Assembly: GCA_964648855.1 (NCBI GenBank)
Contig: CAZYLT010000009.1
Span: forward strand, 64,868 to 96,867
Length of the DNA stretch: 32,000 bases
Origin: an uncultured archaeon
GTDB taxonomy: Archaea; Asgardarchaeota; Thorarchaeia; Thorarchaeales; Thorarchaeaceae
Direction: 5' to 3'
The notes below the pieces were generated by a model that was not told where the DNA came from, ran no database searches, and saw only the letters and a list, made by a program, of their open reading frames with translations. This document shows, piece by piece, positions 8,692-17,957 of the stretch (position 1 is its first letter; every line of letters starts with the position of its first letter). Made by a program: the position numbers and the translations under genes.

Positions 8692-9861
8692 TTGCCGCGA
8701 CTACTGATAGTATCCTATGCATATCCACCGCTTGGTGGAATTGCCATTATTAGAGCTCTAACTCTGGCAAGAGAGGCTCAAAAGAAAGGATGGCAAACAG
8801 CATTTTTGGCAGTTGCTAATGACCCGCTGTATTTGAGAGATCCCTCAATTGAAACAGAATCTCCTCCCGTCTGGGCATACAGATACCCTATTTATCTAAT
8901 CATAAACAGATTCCTGAGACGAATACTCCCAGGAAAGCGTATTCTGTGGTCTTTTCTCGATGGCTTTTTTGACTGGGTACCAGATGCAAGATCAGTGGGT
9001 AAGATGCTCTTTGAGAAATGGCCTTATGATGCGATTTTTGCATCCGCTCCTCGATATTCATCATTGAGAGTGGCTGCAGAACTGAAGGAAAGCATCGGGG
9101 TCCCAGCCATAGCTGATCTGAGAGATTCTCTTCTGTACAACTTTGCAATAGACTATGTACACCCATGGATTCGAAGGTTTTATCATATCTATTACCACAA
9201 TTTGCTTTCCAAATTCGATATGATTACAGCAGTGGACCGAAACGCTGTCCGTGGCATTGATTTGCCCCATGAGATCATCCATAATGGGTATGATGAAGAG
9301 GAATTCAGGGGAAACTTATCGCGATACGATGAATTCACTATTAGCTATGTTGGAACCTATTATCCACAATTTAAGGTAAAAGGATTCCTTCGTGCATTGC
9401 AGAAACTACCGAAATCCACCCAAGATTCTATCCGCGTCCAATTCATAGGAGATGGTGCAGATATTTTCAGAAGTGAAGCAAAAGAATATGGGATTGATTG
9501 GATAGAAATCAAAAATCGTGTCCCTAGAAAAGAGGCTATCGAAATCATGCGGAAAAGCCATGCATTACTTGTTCTCTCCGGTGCTGTAACCAATGCATTG
9601 GGTGCAAAAATATTCGAGTGTGCTAGAAGCGGCGCCACCGTATTGAATCTGTGCCAGAGAGGAAATCTACCATGGAAGTTCGTGGAAGAAACCAATCTGG
9701 CAACTAATGTGCCCTATGACGATCCTGAGCAAATTAGAAATGAAATTTTGAATGCGATGAAAAGAGGGGAACATCGACCCCCAGAAGGTATCGAAGAATA
9801 TAGTCGCCAAGAGTCTGCTAAGAAGATTCTATCCATCCTAGAAGACGTCATTTCTGAATAG
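8692..9861 (+). CDS. Glycosyltransferase family 4
   Basis: LLIVSYAYPP, ADLRD, IHNGYD, YVGT and KIFEC motifs. Start placed at the in-frame TTG 8692, since the ORF-track N-terminus from 8596 looks like a spurious extension. Confidence 0.85.
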   Translation: MPRLLIVSYAYPPLGGIAIIRALTLAREAQKKGWQTAFLAVANDPLYLRDPSIETESPPVWAYRYPIYLIINRFLRRILPGKRILWSFLDGFFDWVPDARSVGKMLFEKWPYDAIFASAPRYSSLRVAAELKESIGVPAIADLRDSLLYNFAIDYVHPWIRRFYHIYYHNLLSKFDMITAVDRNAVRGIDLPHEIIHNGYDEEEFRGNLSRYDEFTISYVGTYYPQFKVKGFLRALQKLPKSTQDSIRVQFIGDGADIFRSEAKEYGIDWIEIKNRVPRKEAIEIMRKSHALLVLSGAVTNALGAKIFECARSGATVLNLCQRGNLPWKFVEETNLATNVPYDDPEQIRNEILNAMKRGEHRPPEGIEEYSRQESAKKILSILEDVISE

Positions 9862-9877
9862 CTGCATATTTCTCATT

Positions 9878-11359
9878 CTAATCTCTTTTCCAAACAATGA
9901 AAGATCCTTGACTGGTCGTTGCTTCAATAGAGAAACCATCCATTGTTGGATTCCACCATTCTTGTATGGATCTATTGCCTGAATGCTGAACAATAACGCT
10001 GAGCCCTTGTGAGAGTAGCAGTTCATATTCTGCTAATGTATCAGGAATTCTTTTCACCAAATCCCGACCGTACGGATATATGATAACAATCCAGTTCGTG
10101 ATCAAAGATGTTTCTTTATCCCACGTATTGTCCAGAATTTCTCTGACTTCGCCCAACTCTTGGTAATAGGTTGAGGTACGATATTCTGAAACAACGATCC
10201 CTGCAAATGAGCAATTTACGAGAACGATTGCTGCTGATACCACGAGGAATACCCTCTTTCTCTTCCTATACCTATGTAACTCCCTCGACGAAAGTATTAT
10301 TCCCCCTACAATCCAAGGAAGAGTCAAACGGACGAAAAGGCCGCCTGAGCCCAAATCGAAATATTCCATGCGGTAGTAGTCGATGCGGAGAAGTCCTTGA
10401 AGGAGCAGGGGTACCAAGAACCACAGAACTAGCATTATGCCTTTCGCATTCTTCTGTACTATAGCTCTAATTGTTCCTATGATGGAAAAGGGCAAGCCAG
10501 CTACGAGCAGGTACCCAGCTACTAATCCACTCATGAGAATTGGTTGCCACCATACAATCAAGGACATTGGGTCAATTCTATTTGCCTGAGAGTATTGAAT
10601 ATAGAAACCTAGCGGGCTTCCTGTATTTACAATGCTCAAAATAAAAAGGAAGCTAATGACTCCAAGAAATGACAAAATGGATAGAACAAGTCCTTTATTG
10701 AATTTTGGTTCTCTTCTCTTCGCTATCATTAACGTGATGATGGGTATCAGATAAAGAAATGAAGTATATCTCGCCAATGTCGCCAAGCCAAGTGAAACTC
10801 CAACGACAAGACCCTCTCTGATTGAGAGCTCAAAGGAGTTTTCATCATTCAATAACTTTGGCAGAACAGTCATCAGAAAAACATTACTCAGTAGGAGGAA
10901 CAACGATTCACTCATTACTCGGCCAGCGAGCTGAAGCCATATCACTGGAAGCGAAAGTGTCACCAACATACAGATATCTGCAGTCTTTTGGTCGAGAATT
11001 CGTTTATACAAAGGGAGGAAGGATAAGAGCAAAAACACACCCATCATCCATGAGAAAACTTCAATTACGAAGGGTGAACAGCCGGCGATACTAAAGACAA
11101 TTCCTAGGATTAAGGGCCATAATGGTGGCCGATATGGCTCAAATTGCACCAAAACGCCTTTTTCTACAAACTCCTTCGCCTGAGTGACATAGACTACTTC
11201 ATCCCACGATAGTAGATGAGGCTCTAGGAGAGTTAACCTCTTGAAAAGAGTGACAGTCATGATGACTAGAAAAAATATGTAAAGATAGTAACGCCGGGCA
11301 TACTCAGAAACGGAAGTCGATTCAGATTCGTTTTGGTCCTCAGCTTGCGCATCTCTCAT
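9878..11359 (-). CDS. Membrane glycosyltransferase, GT-C fold (PMT/ArnT-like)
   Basis: WDEVVY and YRPPLWP luminal-loop motifs, MSESL, LARY, and many TM helices. Confidence 0.82.
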   Translation of the reverse strand: MRDAQAEDQNESESTSVSEYARRYYLYIFFLVIMTVTLFKRLTLLEPHLLSWDEVVYVTQAKEFVEKGVLVQFEPYRPPLWPLILGIVFSIAGCSPFVIEVFSWMMGVFLLLSFLPLYKRILDQKTADICMLVTLSLPVIWLQLAGRVMSESLFLLLSNVFLMTVLPKLLNDENSFELSIREGLVVGVSLGLATLARYTSFLYLIPIITLMIAKRREPKFNKGLVLSILSFLGVISFLFILSIVNTGSPLGFYIQYSQANRIDPMSLIVWWQPILMSGLVAGYLLVAGLPFSIIGTIRAIVQKNAKGIMLVLWFLVPLLLQGLLRIDYYRMEYFDLGSGGLFVRLTLPWIVGGIILSSRELHRYRKRKRVFLVVSAAIVLVNCSFAGIVVSEYRTSTYYQELGEVREILDNTWDKETSLITNWIVIIYPYGRDLVKRIPDTLAEYELLLSQGLSVIVQHSGNRSIQEWWNPTMDGFSIEATTSQGSFIVWKRD

Positions 11360-11569
11360 AGGAATCGATTACTCTCCTTGATTGTATCGGATACCAAATC
11401 CTTGTGATATATATGTGATTCTCATTTTTCCATGCTTGATGGTGCGCTTGACTGATTTTGTACTCCTGATATGCACTCGAGCGTAACCGTTATTTTCCGT
11501 CTGATATTTACGGGATATGCATACTTTAGCGCAAGCAACAGTTAATGCCTTGGCGAGGAAATCCTGAAA

Positions 11570-12382
11570 ATGCTCAAATATGTAATGGCGATCAATATTT
11601 GGAATGAAAGTAGCAAAGTAGTGCCACTCTTTGACCAAATAGAAAATCAAACAAGGCCACCTGATCTATGGATTTGGATCGATGATGGAAGTACAGATGA
11701 CTCTGTGGACGTCATAACTCGGAGAGCCGCTAGTTCATCGATTCCTGTGATTATTCTTAAGGCACCACGGAAGGAAAAAGGAAACTATGATACCATTGGC
11801 AAGGCATGGAATCATGTACTAGATGACATCCAGAATCTACAAGGCTTTGATTACTTGATGATTACAGATGCTGATTGCCGCTTTCCTCAACAATATGCAG
11901 AACAAATGCTAGCCTTCATGGAATCTCATCCAGAAGTTGGTGTTGCTGCTGGTCAAGTGAGAGGCGAACTTAGACATCATATGCCAATGAATGCTGGAAA
12001 GTTTATTCGATGGAATATTGTGAAGAGCATAGACCGGTTTTGGGATATTGTACCCGACACATTCTGGAACATAACCGCAATTTCGATGGGATATACGATT
12101 GCTAATAGAAGAAACATCACTATTGATGCAGCTCCGTCGAGAGGATTCTCCAAACAGGGTAGGTTCAGATATGGACGACTCATGTATTATGTTGGCCGCG
12201 GCATTTTGCTTGTGCTTCTACAAGCCTTGAAGTTCCAGATACAGGATAGAACCGGAACGGATTTCATCAAGGGGTACATTACCGAATGGCTTCGAGGAAC
12301 GTGGAAATGCGATATTCAAATGGTTCGTAGGTTCTATTCTCTTCCAGGTACAATCATGTGGAGACTTTTTGACAGATTTTGA
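11570..12382 (+). CDS. Glycosyltransferase family 2
   Basis: WNE, IDDGSTD and DAD (DxD) motifs. Confidence 0.88.
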   Translation: MLKYVMAINIWNESSKVVPLFDQIENQTRPPDLWIWIDDGSTDDSVDVITRRAASSSIPVIILKAPRKEKGNYDTIGKAWNHVLDDIQNLQGFDYLMITDADCRFPQQYAEQMLAFMESHPEVGVAAGQVRGELRHHMPMNAGKFIRWNIVKSIDRFWDIVPDTFWNITAISMGYTIANRRNITIDAAPSRGFSKQGRFRYGRLMYYVGRGILLVLLQALKFQIQDRTGTDFIKGYITEWLRGTWKCDIQMVRRFYSLPGTIMWRLFDRF

Positions 12383-12403
12383 TACTCACCACAAACAAAG
12401 GGA

Positions 12404-13972
12404 TTAAATTAGCCCTGCTTTTTGAGCGAACTTTCTGTATCCCTTCATAAGAAGTTTGACAATATTTCTTCTCAGATTGAATTTAATCCATTCTTCCTCA
12501 GTTGGTTCCTTAAAGAACTGCCCAAACTGAGCCGCATACTCATCAACGGACTCAAACGAGATCAGTTTCTCAACAGCTTTCGCCGAGAATTTGAGCTCCA
12601 CATCTGGGTTCTCAGCTCTTACTGGGTTGACCTCAATCTCTCCCTTATCCACCACATGGACATGGAATCTACTGTCAGTGATTTCATAGTCAATAATCGC
12701 GCCGCCTTTCAGCCCGTCAAAAATCTTCGGGTGCTCTCTAAGATAATCCATGAACCGCCTCTTCAGAGGTGCTTCTTCTTTCCTCTTTTTCTTCTTAGAT
12801 TTGACGAATGGAAGAACGAACGTGGGCAGGTCAACCACAGGCAGTTTGCTTTCAATGAATTTCGCTCCATCCTCAAGTCCTCTATGACAGAAGGGGCATG
12901 CCGTGACAAGAATATCTGCCTGTGTGTTTTCAGCCTCTCGAATCCTATCTGCAGCCATCTTATCTGCCAATTCACCATAGGTTCCCTTCACCCCTCCGCC
13001 AGAACCGCAACAGTGAGCGTAGCGTTTGTTGGTCTCCATTTCCACAAGCTCTACATTGTCTATTGACTCTAGTACTCTGCGAGGAGCTTCGTACACCTCT
13101 GCATGCCGGCCCAAGTGGCAGGGGTCGTGGTAGGTCACCTTCATATTCCTCGGGGCCTCGAAAGCTGCTTTGTCTTCCATGACCAATCTGTCTAAGAATT
13201 CAGTGATGTGGAGAATCTCAAATGGAAAATCGAATCCGTTTTCTGTGACATCTAGCTTCCATGTTCTGAAACAACCCGCGCACGCCGTTACGACGGTTTT
13301 TGCTCCTGTCTTCCTAATTTCCGAGATATTGTGCCTTGTCAGGTTTTCGAAAGATTTCGTCCTGCCGACGCGCAGTAGGACTGAGCCACAGCACCTTTCG
13401 TCCTTCAGAACGGTGAAATTGACACCTAGTTTGTCTAGGAGCTCGACCGTAGTTCTGGCAATCTCTTTCTCTCGGTAGGCGCTTGTGCATCCAGCAAAAT
13501 AGACTACATCTGCCTTTTCAGGCCACTCCCGCTCCCCAAACAATTCTAGTCTTTTATCTGTAGGCTCATAATAGGGATTGTAATTATTGATGATCGATTC
13601 TTCGATTTTTTCATGTTTTGGTACCCCCAAACCGTGTTCAACCAGGTCTTGTCTTACTGCCTCCATCATCTCGGGAATTCGTATTCCATCAGCGGTAGCC
13701 GTACAGGTTTCTTGACAGTTCTTGCATGTGGTACACGTATATGCCCAATCCGTAATATCATTGGTAAGCTCTAGATTTCCTTCCATGAGGTCATTAAGAA
13801 TCATCACACGCCCCCTGGATGAATATGCCTCAAATCCGAGTACATTCTTGACTGCACATGGATGAAAGACATCGCGATCAGATGCAACTGTCTTATCAGC
13901 TAGCGAACAGTCTCCACATCGTCCACAGAGAAATAAATCCTCTTCATATTTTGATAGATGCTTCAACTCCAT
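12404..13972 (-). CDS. Fe-S oxidoreductase (GlpC/HdrD-like, two CCG domains) with a C-terminal SCP2-like domain
   Basis: CGRCGDC, CTTCKNCQETC, FAGC, CCG, ACAGC, YHDPCHLGR, CCGSGGG and ACPFC motifs. Start reassigned to ATG 13972, 1 nt after the upstream gene's stop. Confidence 0.88.
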   Translation of the reverse strand: MELKHLSKYEEDLFLCGRCGDCSLADKTVASDRDVFHPCAVKNVLGFEAYSSRGRVMILNDLMEGNLELTNDITDWAYTCTTCKNCQETCTATADGIRIPEMMEAVRQDLVEHGLGVPKHEKIEESIINNYNPYYEPTDKRLELFGEREWPEKADVVYFAGCTSAYREKEIARTTVELLDKLGVNFTVLKDERCCGSVLLRVGRTKSFENLTRHNISEIRKTGAKTVVTACAGCFRTWKLDVTENGFDFPFEILHITEFLDRLVMEDKAAFEAPRNMKVTYHDPCHLGRHAEVYEAPRRVLESIDNVELVEMETNKRYAHCCGSGGGVKGTYGELADKMAADRIREAENTQADILVTACPFCHRGLEDGAKFIESKLPVVDLPTFVLPFVKSKKKKRKEEAPLKRRFMDYLREHPKIFDGLKGGAIIDYEITDSRFHVHVVDKGEIEVNPVRAENPDVELKFSAKAVEKLISFESVDEYAAQFGQFFKEPTEEEWIKFNLRRNIVKLLMKGYRKFAQKAGLI

Positions 13973-13973
13973 T

Positions 13974-15398
13974 CTAATCAACTCCCTTGAAAACCTGAGG
14001 GCTGAAAACGCCTTCAGGATCCAGGGCATTCTTTATCTTCCAATATGTATTGAGAAACTCGTCATTCGTTTTCTTTAACGCTCTGTTTTCCCATAACAAT
14101 CCATTCCAATATGGACCGCCACCTGTTTGGATGACAGCATCAAGCAATTCATTCCAAGCCTTGAGTCCGAGATTCATCTTCTCTTTGTTTGGAGCAAACA
14201 AGGTGACCCACCCCGTGGCATAAGCTCTATCAGCTCCGAGGCAACTGGCTATCCATTTGATGCCATTGTCAAGCAACTTGTGTTTCTCAAAGATTCTCCA
14301 TGCCTTTTCCATCAAATCTGGAATTCTGTTTATCGGCCTAAGATGGCATGTATTCAACCAAAAGCCATTATTGTAGAGTGGCTGAACTAGATTGAACATT
14401 TCTCCCCAATGCATTTGAGACGCGAAGTTGCCAAGGTCTTTTCCTCCATGTTCCAGGGCAATATCCTTGATAATCTCCATTTTTCTTGATGCCAACTGCT
14501 CATCAGTTTCTTGAACAACCGATGCGAACATCGCATGAATCTCGGGATGCTTATCGAGAAATCCTGGGAAGAAGGTGTCAGTCGACTGCCTATCTGCGAG
14601 CAAATTGAGCTCTTCTGTAAGCCCTCTTTTTTGCACCTCGAGAAAGCCAGCAGTTGCATCTTGTAGCGTTTTGAATCCAAAGTCTCCGAAAGTGAGGTAT
14701 TCCGCCTTCGGGTAGATTTTCAGAGTGACTTTTGTCTTCACACCAAGCGTACCATGGTCCCCGAGAAAGACCCCTGTCAAGTCATTATAGGATGAGTATC
14801 TGCCGAAGATTTTTGCAGTTTCATTCCATCCAGTACCCGTTGTGATTATTGAACCGTCAGCTAAGACCACCTCAAGTGAAACAACCCCCTCTGGAGATGG
14901 TCCGAATTTTGATGCCGCATAGCCAATTGAGTTAATGCTCACTGACCCTCCAACAGTTCCGGCATTTCCACCGTAGGGTCCTCTGAAGCCAAGCTTGTAT
15001 CCCTTTTCGTCAAGTCTGTGGATCAGTTCTGCCCATCTCAGTCCCGCTTCTACTGTGACTGTCATGACATCTTCATCAATCGCAATGATGTCATCCATAT
15101 TGACGAGGTCCAGCATCACGGCATGCTCTACTCTCGGTAAGCAGGCACCACATATCCCGCTTCTCCCACCTGCAGGGACTATAGGCATTTCATTTTCCCG
15201 ACAAATCTCTACTATCTCTTGAATTTCCTCAATGGTCTCAGGCATTACAACCATGCCAGGTCTCTCCGCAGTTAGATGGCATGCATCTTTGCTATATGAT
15301 GAGATGATTACTTGGTTATCGCTAACTCTATCAGTACCAACCACAGCTGAAATGGATTCGTAGAGCGGATGATTCTTCGAAGACTTGACGATTGTCAT
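13974..15398 (-). CDS. FAD-binding oxidoreductase (VAO/GlcD/D-lactate dehydrogenase/ADHAP-synthase family)
   Basis: P.AGGRSG, VTVEAG, TVGG, LEVVLADG, G.HGTLGV and IKNALDPEGVFSP motifs. Start reassigned to ATG 15398 behind an AGAGG RBS. Confidence 0.88.
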   Translation of the reverse strand: MTIVKSSKNHPLYESISAVVGTDRVSDNQVIISSYSKDACHLTAERPGMVVMPETIEEIQEIVEICRENEMPIVPAGGRSGICGACLPRVEHAVMLDLVNMDDIIAIDEDVMTVTVEAGLRWAELIHRLDEKGYKLGFRGPYGGNAGTVGGSVSINSIGYAASKFGPSPEGVVSLEVVLADGSIITTGTGWNETAKIFGRYSSYNDLTGVFLGDHGTLGVKTKVTLKIYPKAEYLTFGDFGFKTLQDATAGFLEVQKRGLTEELNLLADRQSTDTFFPGFLDKHPEIHAMFASVVQETDEQLASRKMEIIKDIALEHGGKDLGNFASQMHWGEMFNLVQPLYNNGFWLNTCHLRPINRIPDLMEKAWRIFEKHKLLDNGIKWIASCLGADRAYATGWVTLFAPNKEKMNLGLKAWNELLDAVIQTGGGPYWNGLLWENRALKKTNDEFLNTYWKIKNALDPEGVFSPQVFKGVD

Positions 15399-15562
15399 GA
15401 AAACGCCTCTTGGTGTGGGGATTTGTTTGGCTATAAGTATTAAACGCTTGGTGAAATTCAGCAACTGATGTAATGTGCCCAACTCTACCACACTAGTATC
15501 ACAATTCATGAAAGAGAACAACTTATGAACGGGACATGAGTTGACTAAACTCGGGACCTATC

Positions 15563-16045
15563 ATGAAGCGAATTGGAGTGGTTTTGGGCAGAGGCGGTCA
15601 CACGGCCCAGACCTTTTCACTTGTAGATCTTCTTGGATCACAATTCCATTATATTTACCTGGTCGGACTTATGGATAAACTTACACCAACAAAGATCAAC
15701 CAGAAAGGTACTCTACTTCGGGTCTTAACTCCTCGGCTTCGCCCTGAAGATTCCAGGATGATGTCTGCGATAAGAACTATTACAACGCTACTTCTCTCAT
15801 TGCTCTATTTCGTTGTCTTCAGACCTTGTGTAGTGCTCAGTTGTGGTACGGGAATGACTGTTCCGGTGTTTTATTCAGCTCGGGTTCTCGGCATCAAAAC
15901 TGTGTTCATCGAGAGTATGTCCCGAGTGAAATCGTTATCAAAGACGGGTGAAATCCTGTTGGGCAATACCACGCTCTTCATGGTACAGTGGGAGTCGCTT
16001 GCAGAAAAACTGCCAGGGGTCATTTACGGAGGTCAACTTCTATGA
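15563..16045 (+). CDS. ALG14-like (PssD/CpsF) UDP-GlcNAc transferase acceptor subunit
   Basis: GRGGHT, SCGTG, FIESMSRV.SLS.TG and VQWESL motifs. Confidence 0.9.
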   Translation: MKRIGVVLGRGGHTAQTFSLVDLLGSQFHYIYLVGLMDKLTPTKINQKGTLLRVLTPRLRPEDSRMMSAIRTITTLLLSLLYFVVFRPCVVLSCGTGMTVPVFYSARVLGIKTVFIESMSRVKSLSKTGEILLGNTTLFMVQWESLAEKLPGVIYGGQLL

Positions 16046-16503
16046 TTTTTCTTACTGTGGGTACATCTCACTTTGATGCATTAATCAAAGAGATGGATGA
16101 CCTAGCCGAATCTGGAACAATCACCGAATCAATACTTGCGCAGATAGGCACTGGAACATATATCCCGAGAAATTTTAGATATGTTCGCCTCCTAAGGAAT
16201 CTCAATCGCGCGTATGCGATGGCAGATGTAATCGTCAGTGCGGGTGGTGCTGGAACCACTGTAGAATGTACAACAAGAGGACTGAAGCTTGTCGTGGTTG
16301 AGAACAAATCGGTCATGGAAGGTCATCAAAGAGAGCTTATTGAGGAACTAAATCGACGAGGTCATTTAGCTTGGTGTCGGAGTCTAGATGAGCTCCCCAG
16401 TTGCATTGAATATGCCAAGAAGACTGATTTTGAGCCTTTCGTAACAGATGCGTCACGAGCACATAAAATCATTCTAGATCTTCTTAGCCCAAGCAAGTGC
16501 TGA
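16042..16503 (+). CDS. ALG13-like (PssE/CpsG, GT28 C-terminal) nucleotide-sugar-binding subunit
   Basis: MIFLTVGT.HFD.LI, QIG, GGAGT and HQ.EL motifs. ATGA overlap with the ALG14-like stop. Confidence 0.9.
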   Translation: MIFLTVGTSHFDALIKEMDDLAESGTITESILAQIGTGTYIPRNFRYVRLLRNLNRAYAMADVIVSAGGAGTTVECTTRGLKLVVVENKSVMEGHQRELIEELNRRGHLAWCRSLDELPSCIEYAKKTDFEPFVTDASRAHKIILDLLSPSKC

Positions 16504-16665
16504 TGACGAACATGTTTGTTTTTTTAAATTGAGAAATCCCATTTCGCGCCAAATGGAAAATATGCGCGCGATTCTTGTGGCAATTGGACTGCGATTTGTT
16601 ATGTGAGGGCATATCTAGATAATACGCTCATGCATATGCCACTAATGCGTGGATTTGATGTATCA

Positions 16666-16676
16666 CTTATATTAAG
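16666..16676 (+). promoter_or_regulatory. Putative TATA box upstream of the RdgC-like gene
   Basis: CTTATATTAAG in the 255-nt intergenic region. Confidence 0.35.
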
Positions 16677-16758
16677 AAAAACACCCCTTTCCAGTGGAAG
16701 CAAAGGCTAGTTACATTCGCTATCTTTAGCCTAGAAAACCACCGAGAGATGAGTAACC

Positions 16759-17520
16759 GTGAGTAGAAAGAGAATTTCCAAAAGTGCAGCCCAGAAATCC
16801 AAACTCCTTCAGACAAGAGGAATGGCGATGGCAGTCAAACTATACAAGTACGAAGGACTGGGAATGTCTAGGTCACAGCTGTCAAAGGCTCTACGTGAGA
16901 TGCCTTACGAGCCCAAGAACAATAAAGATGTGACCTCTGGTTTTGCGTCAGCAAGGGCAAGTGGAGAAACAGTCGTTGGTGAATATGTGGCAGGATTTCG
17001 GGTGCCAATATTGACCTATGATGATGAAGGAAACTTGACGCCTGAGCATTACGTTAGTATGGATAAAGCAGATGCAATTGTCAAGCTTGACCGAGGAACA
17101 ATTGAAGTTCGTGGTTCACAGCGAATTGCGAACAAAGTTGTACGGGATATTGAAGAGGCTAGCGGCGCGACGATATCTCCTCTTAACCTAGATGGCGGGG
17201 CAAAGAAGCTCTATGATTCTGCTGCAGATATTGCTTCAGTTATGCTGACAGGAATCGAGAAGGATGTTGGGAATCTCAAGAAAGCCCAGTTCATCGGAGA
17301 TGGAATTCAAACTGAAGATGATATTCTAATGTATACTCGTAGGTACAAGGGTGCTATCAGCCGATTCAGGGGCACGTTTCCCTATCCAAGCGGCGCTTTC
17401 TTGACAACTAGTGTAAATACCGAAAAAGGGTCTCTGTTGATCTACAAGACTGGCGATGGGATTCGAGAAGCTGACCTCGACTGGATTGTAAGTCTAATGG
17501 AAGATTCTGCTGTTGGGTAA
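16759..17520 (+). CDS. Hypothetical protein, RdgC-like
   Basis: KLYKY...LSKALREMPYEP....DVTSGF and IVKLDRGTIEVRGSQRIANKVVRDIEEASGATISPL resemble conserved RdgC segments. The start could instead be ATG 16822 or 16828. Confidence 0.55.
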   Translation: MSRKRISKSAAQKSKLLQTRGMAMAVKLYKYEGLGMSRSQLSKALREMPYEPKNNKDVTSGFASARASGETVVGEYVAGFRVPILTYDDEGNLTPEHYVSMDKADAIVKLDRGTIEVRGSQRIANKVVRDIEEASGATISPLNLDGGAKKLYDSAADIASVMLTGIEKDVGNLKKAQFIGDGIQTEDDILMYTRRYKGAISRFRGTFPYPSGAFLTTSVNTEKGSLLIYKTGDGIREADLDWIVSLMEDSAVG

Positions 17521-17528
17521 AAACTGTA

Positions 17529-17573
17529 GAGGCCGTTTCGGTGGCCCTCCCAACAGCATCTTTTTCTCTCTTT
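17529..17573 (+). terminator. Possible terminator between convergent genes
   Basis: Imperfect GAGGCC...GGCCCTC stem followed by a pyrimidine run (TTTTTCTCTCTTT). Confidence 0.35.
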
Positions 17574-17578
17574 GACTC

Positions 17579-17890
17579 TCAAGCATCCTGAAGCCATTCA
17601 GTTGGACTTCTCTTAATTCCGATGACTGTTCTGGTATTATCTATATACCACCGGGTCTTCTCTCGAAATCGAGGCCAAAAATCAAAGAATAACTGGGGAT
17701 TTTCCGTTTCTAGAAATAGGAAGCCATTCCATTCAGTCCCCCAAGCAAACCTATAATCGCCCACTATGTGAAGTTCTTCCGGCCAGTCTTTCTGAGAAAA
17801 TTCTTGCCAGAATTCCTTTGCTTGATCTGCCTGTTCAGCAGTCATTTTCATGAAGCGATAGAATACGACAAATGAGAAAGTCACTCTCAA
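17579..17890 (-). CDS. Small dimeric alpha/beta-barrel protein (DUF3303/GYD-like)
   Basis: WP..L.IVGDY...WGT.WNGF.F.ET pattern. A GAGGT RBS favours a GTG start at 17884. Confidence 0.5.
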   Translation of the reverse strand: MRVTFSFVVFYRFMKMTAEQADQAKEFWQEFSQKDWPEELHIVGDYRFAWGTEWNGFLFLETENPQLFFDFWPRFREKTRWYIDNTRTVIGIKRSPTEWLQDA

Positions 17891-17957
17891 TACCTCTTGG
17901 TTTGCATGCTCTTCGGTGCATTAAAAAGATTGGCGCTTGACAACAAGTTGATTCGGC

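Noticed and set aside
11369-11650. 93-aa minus-strand ORF
   Set aside because: It overlaps the GT2 start, spans a likely divergent promoter region and has no motif.
12422-13066. Long antisense ORFs (214 aa here, 225 aa at 19580..20257, and similar)
   Set aside because: They lie fully opposite well-supported genes and have the F/S/L-rich composition expected of antisense frames.
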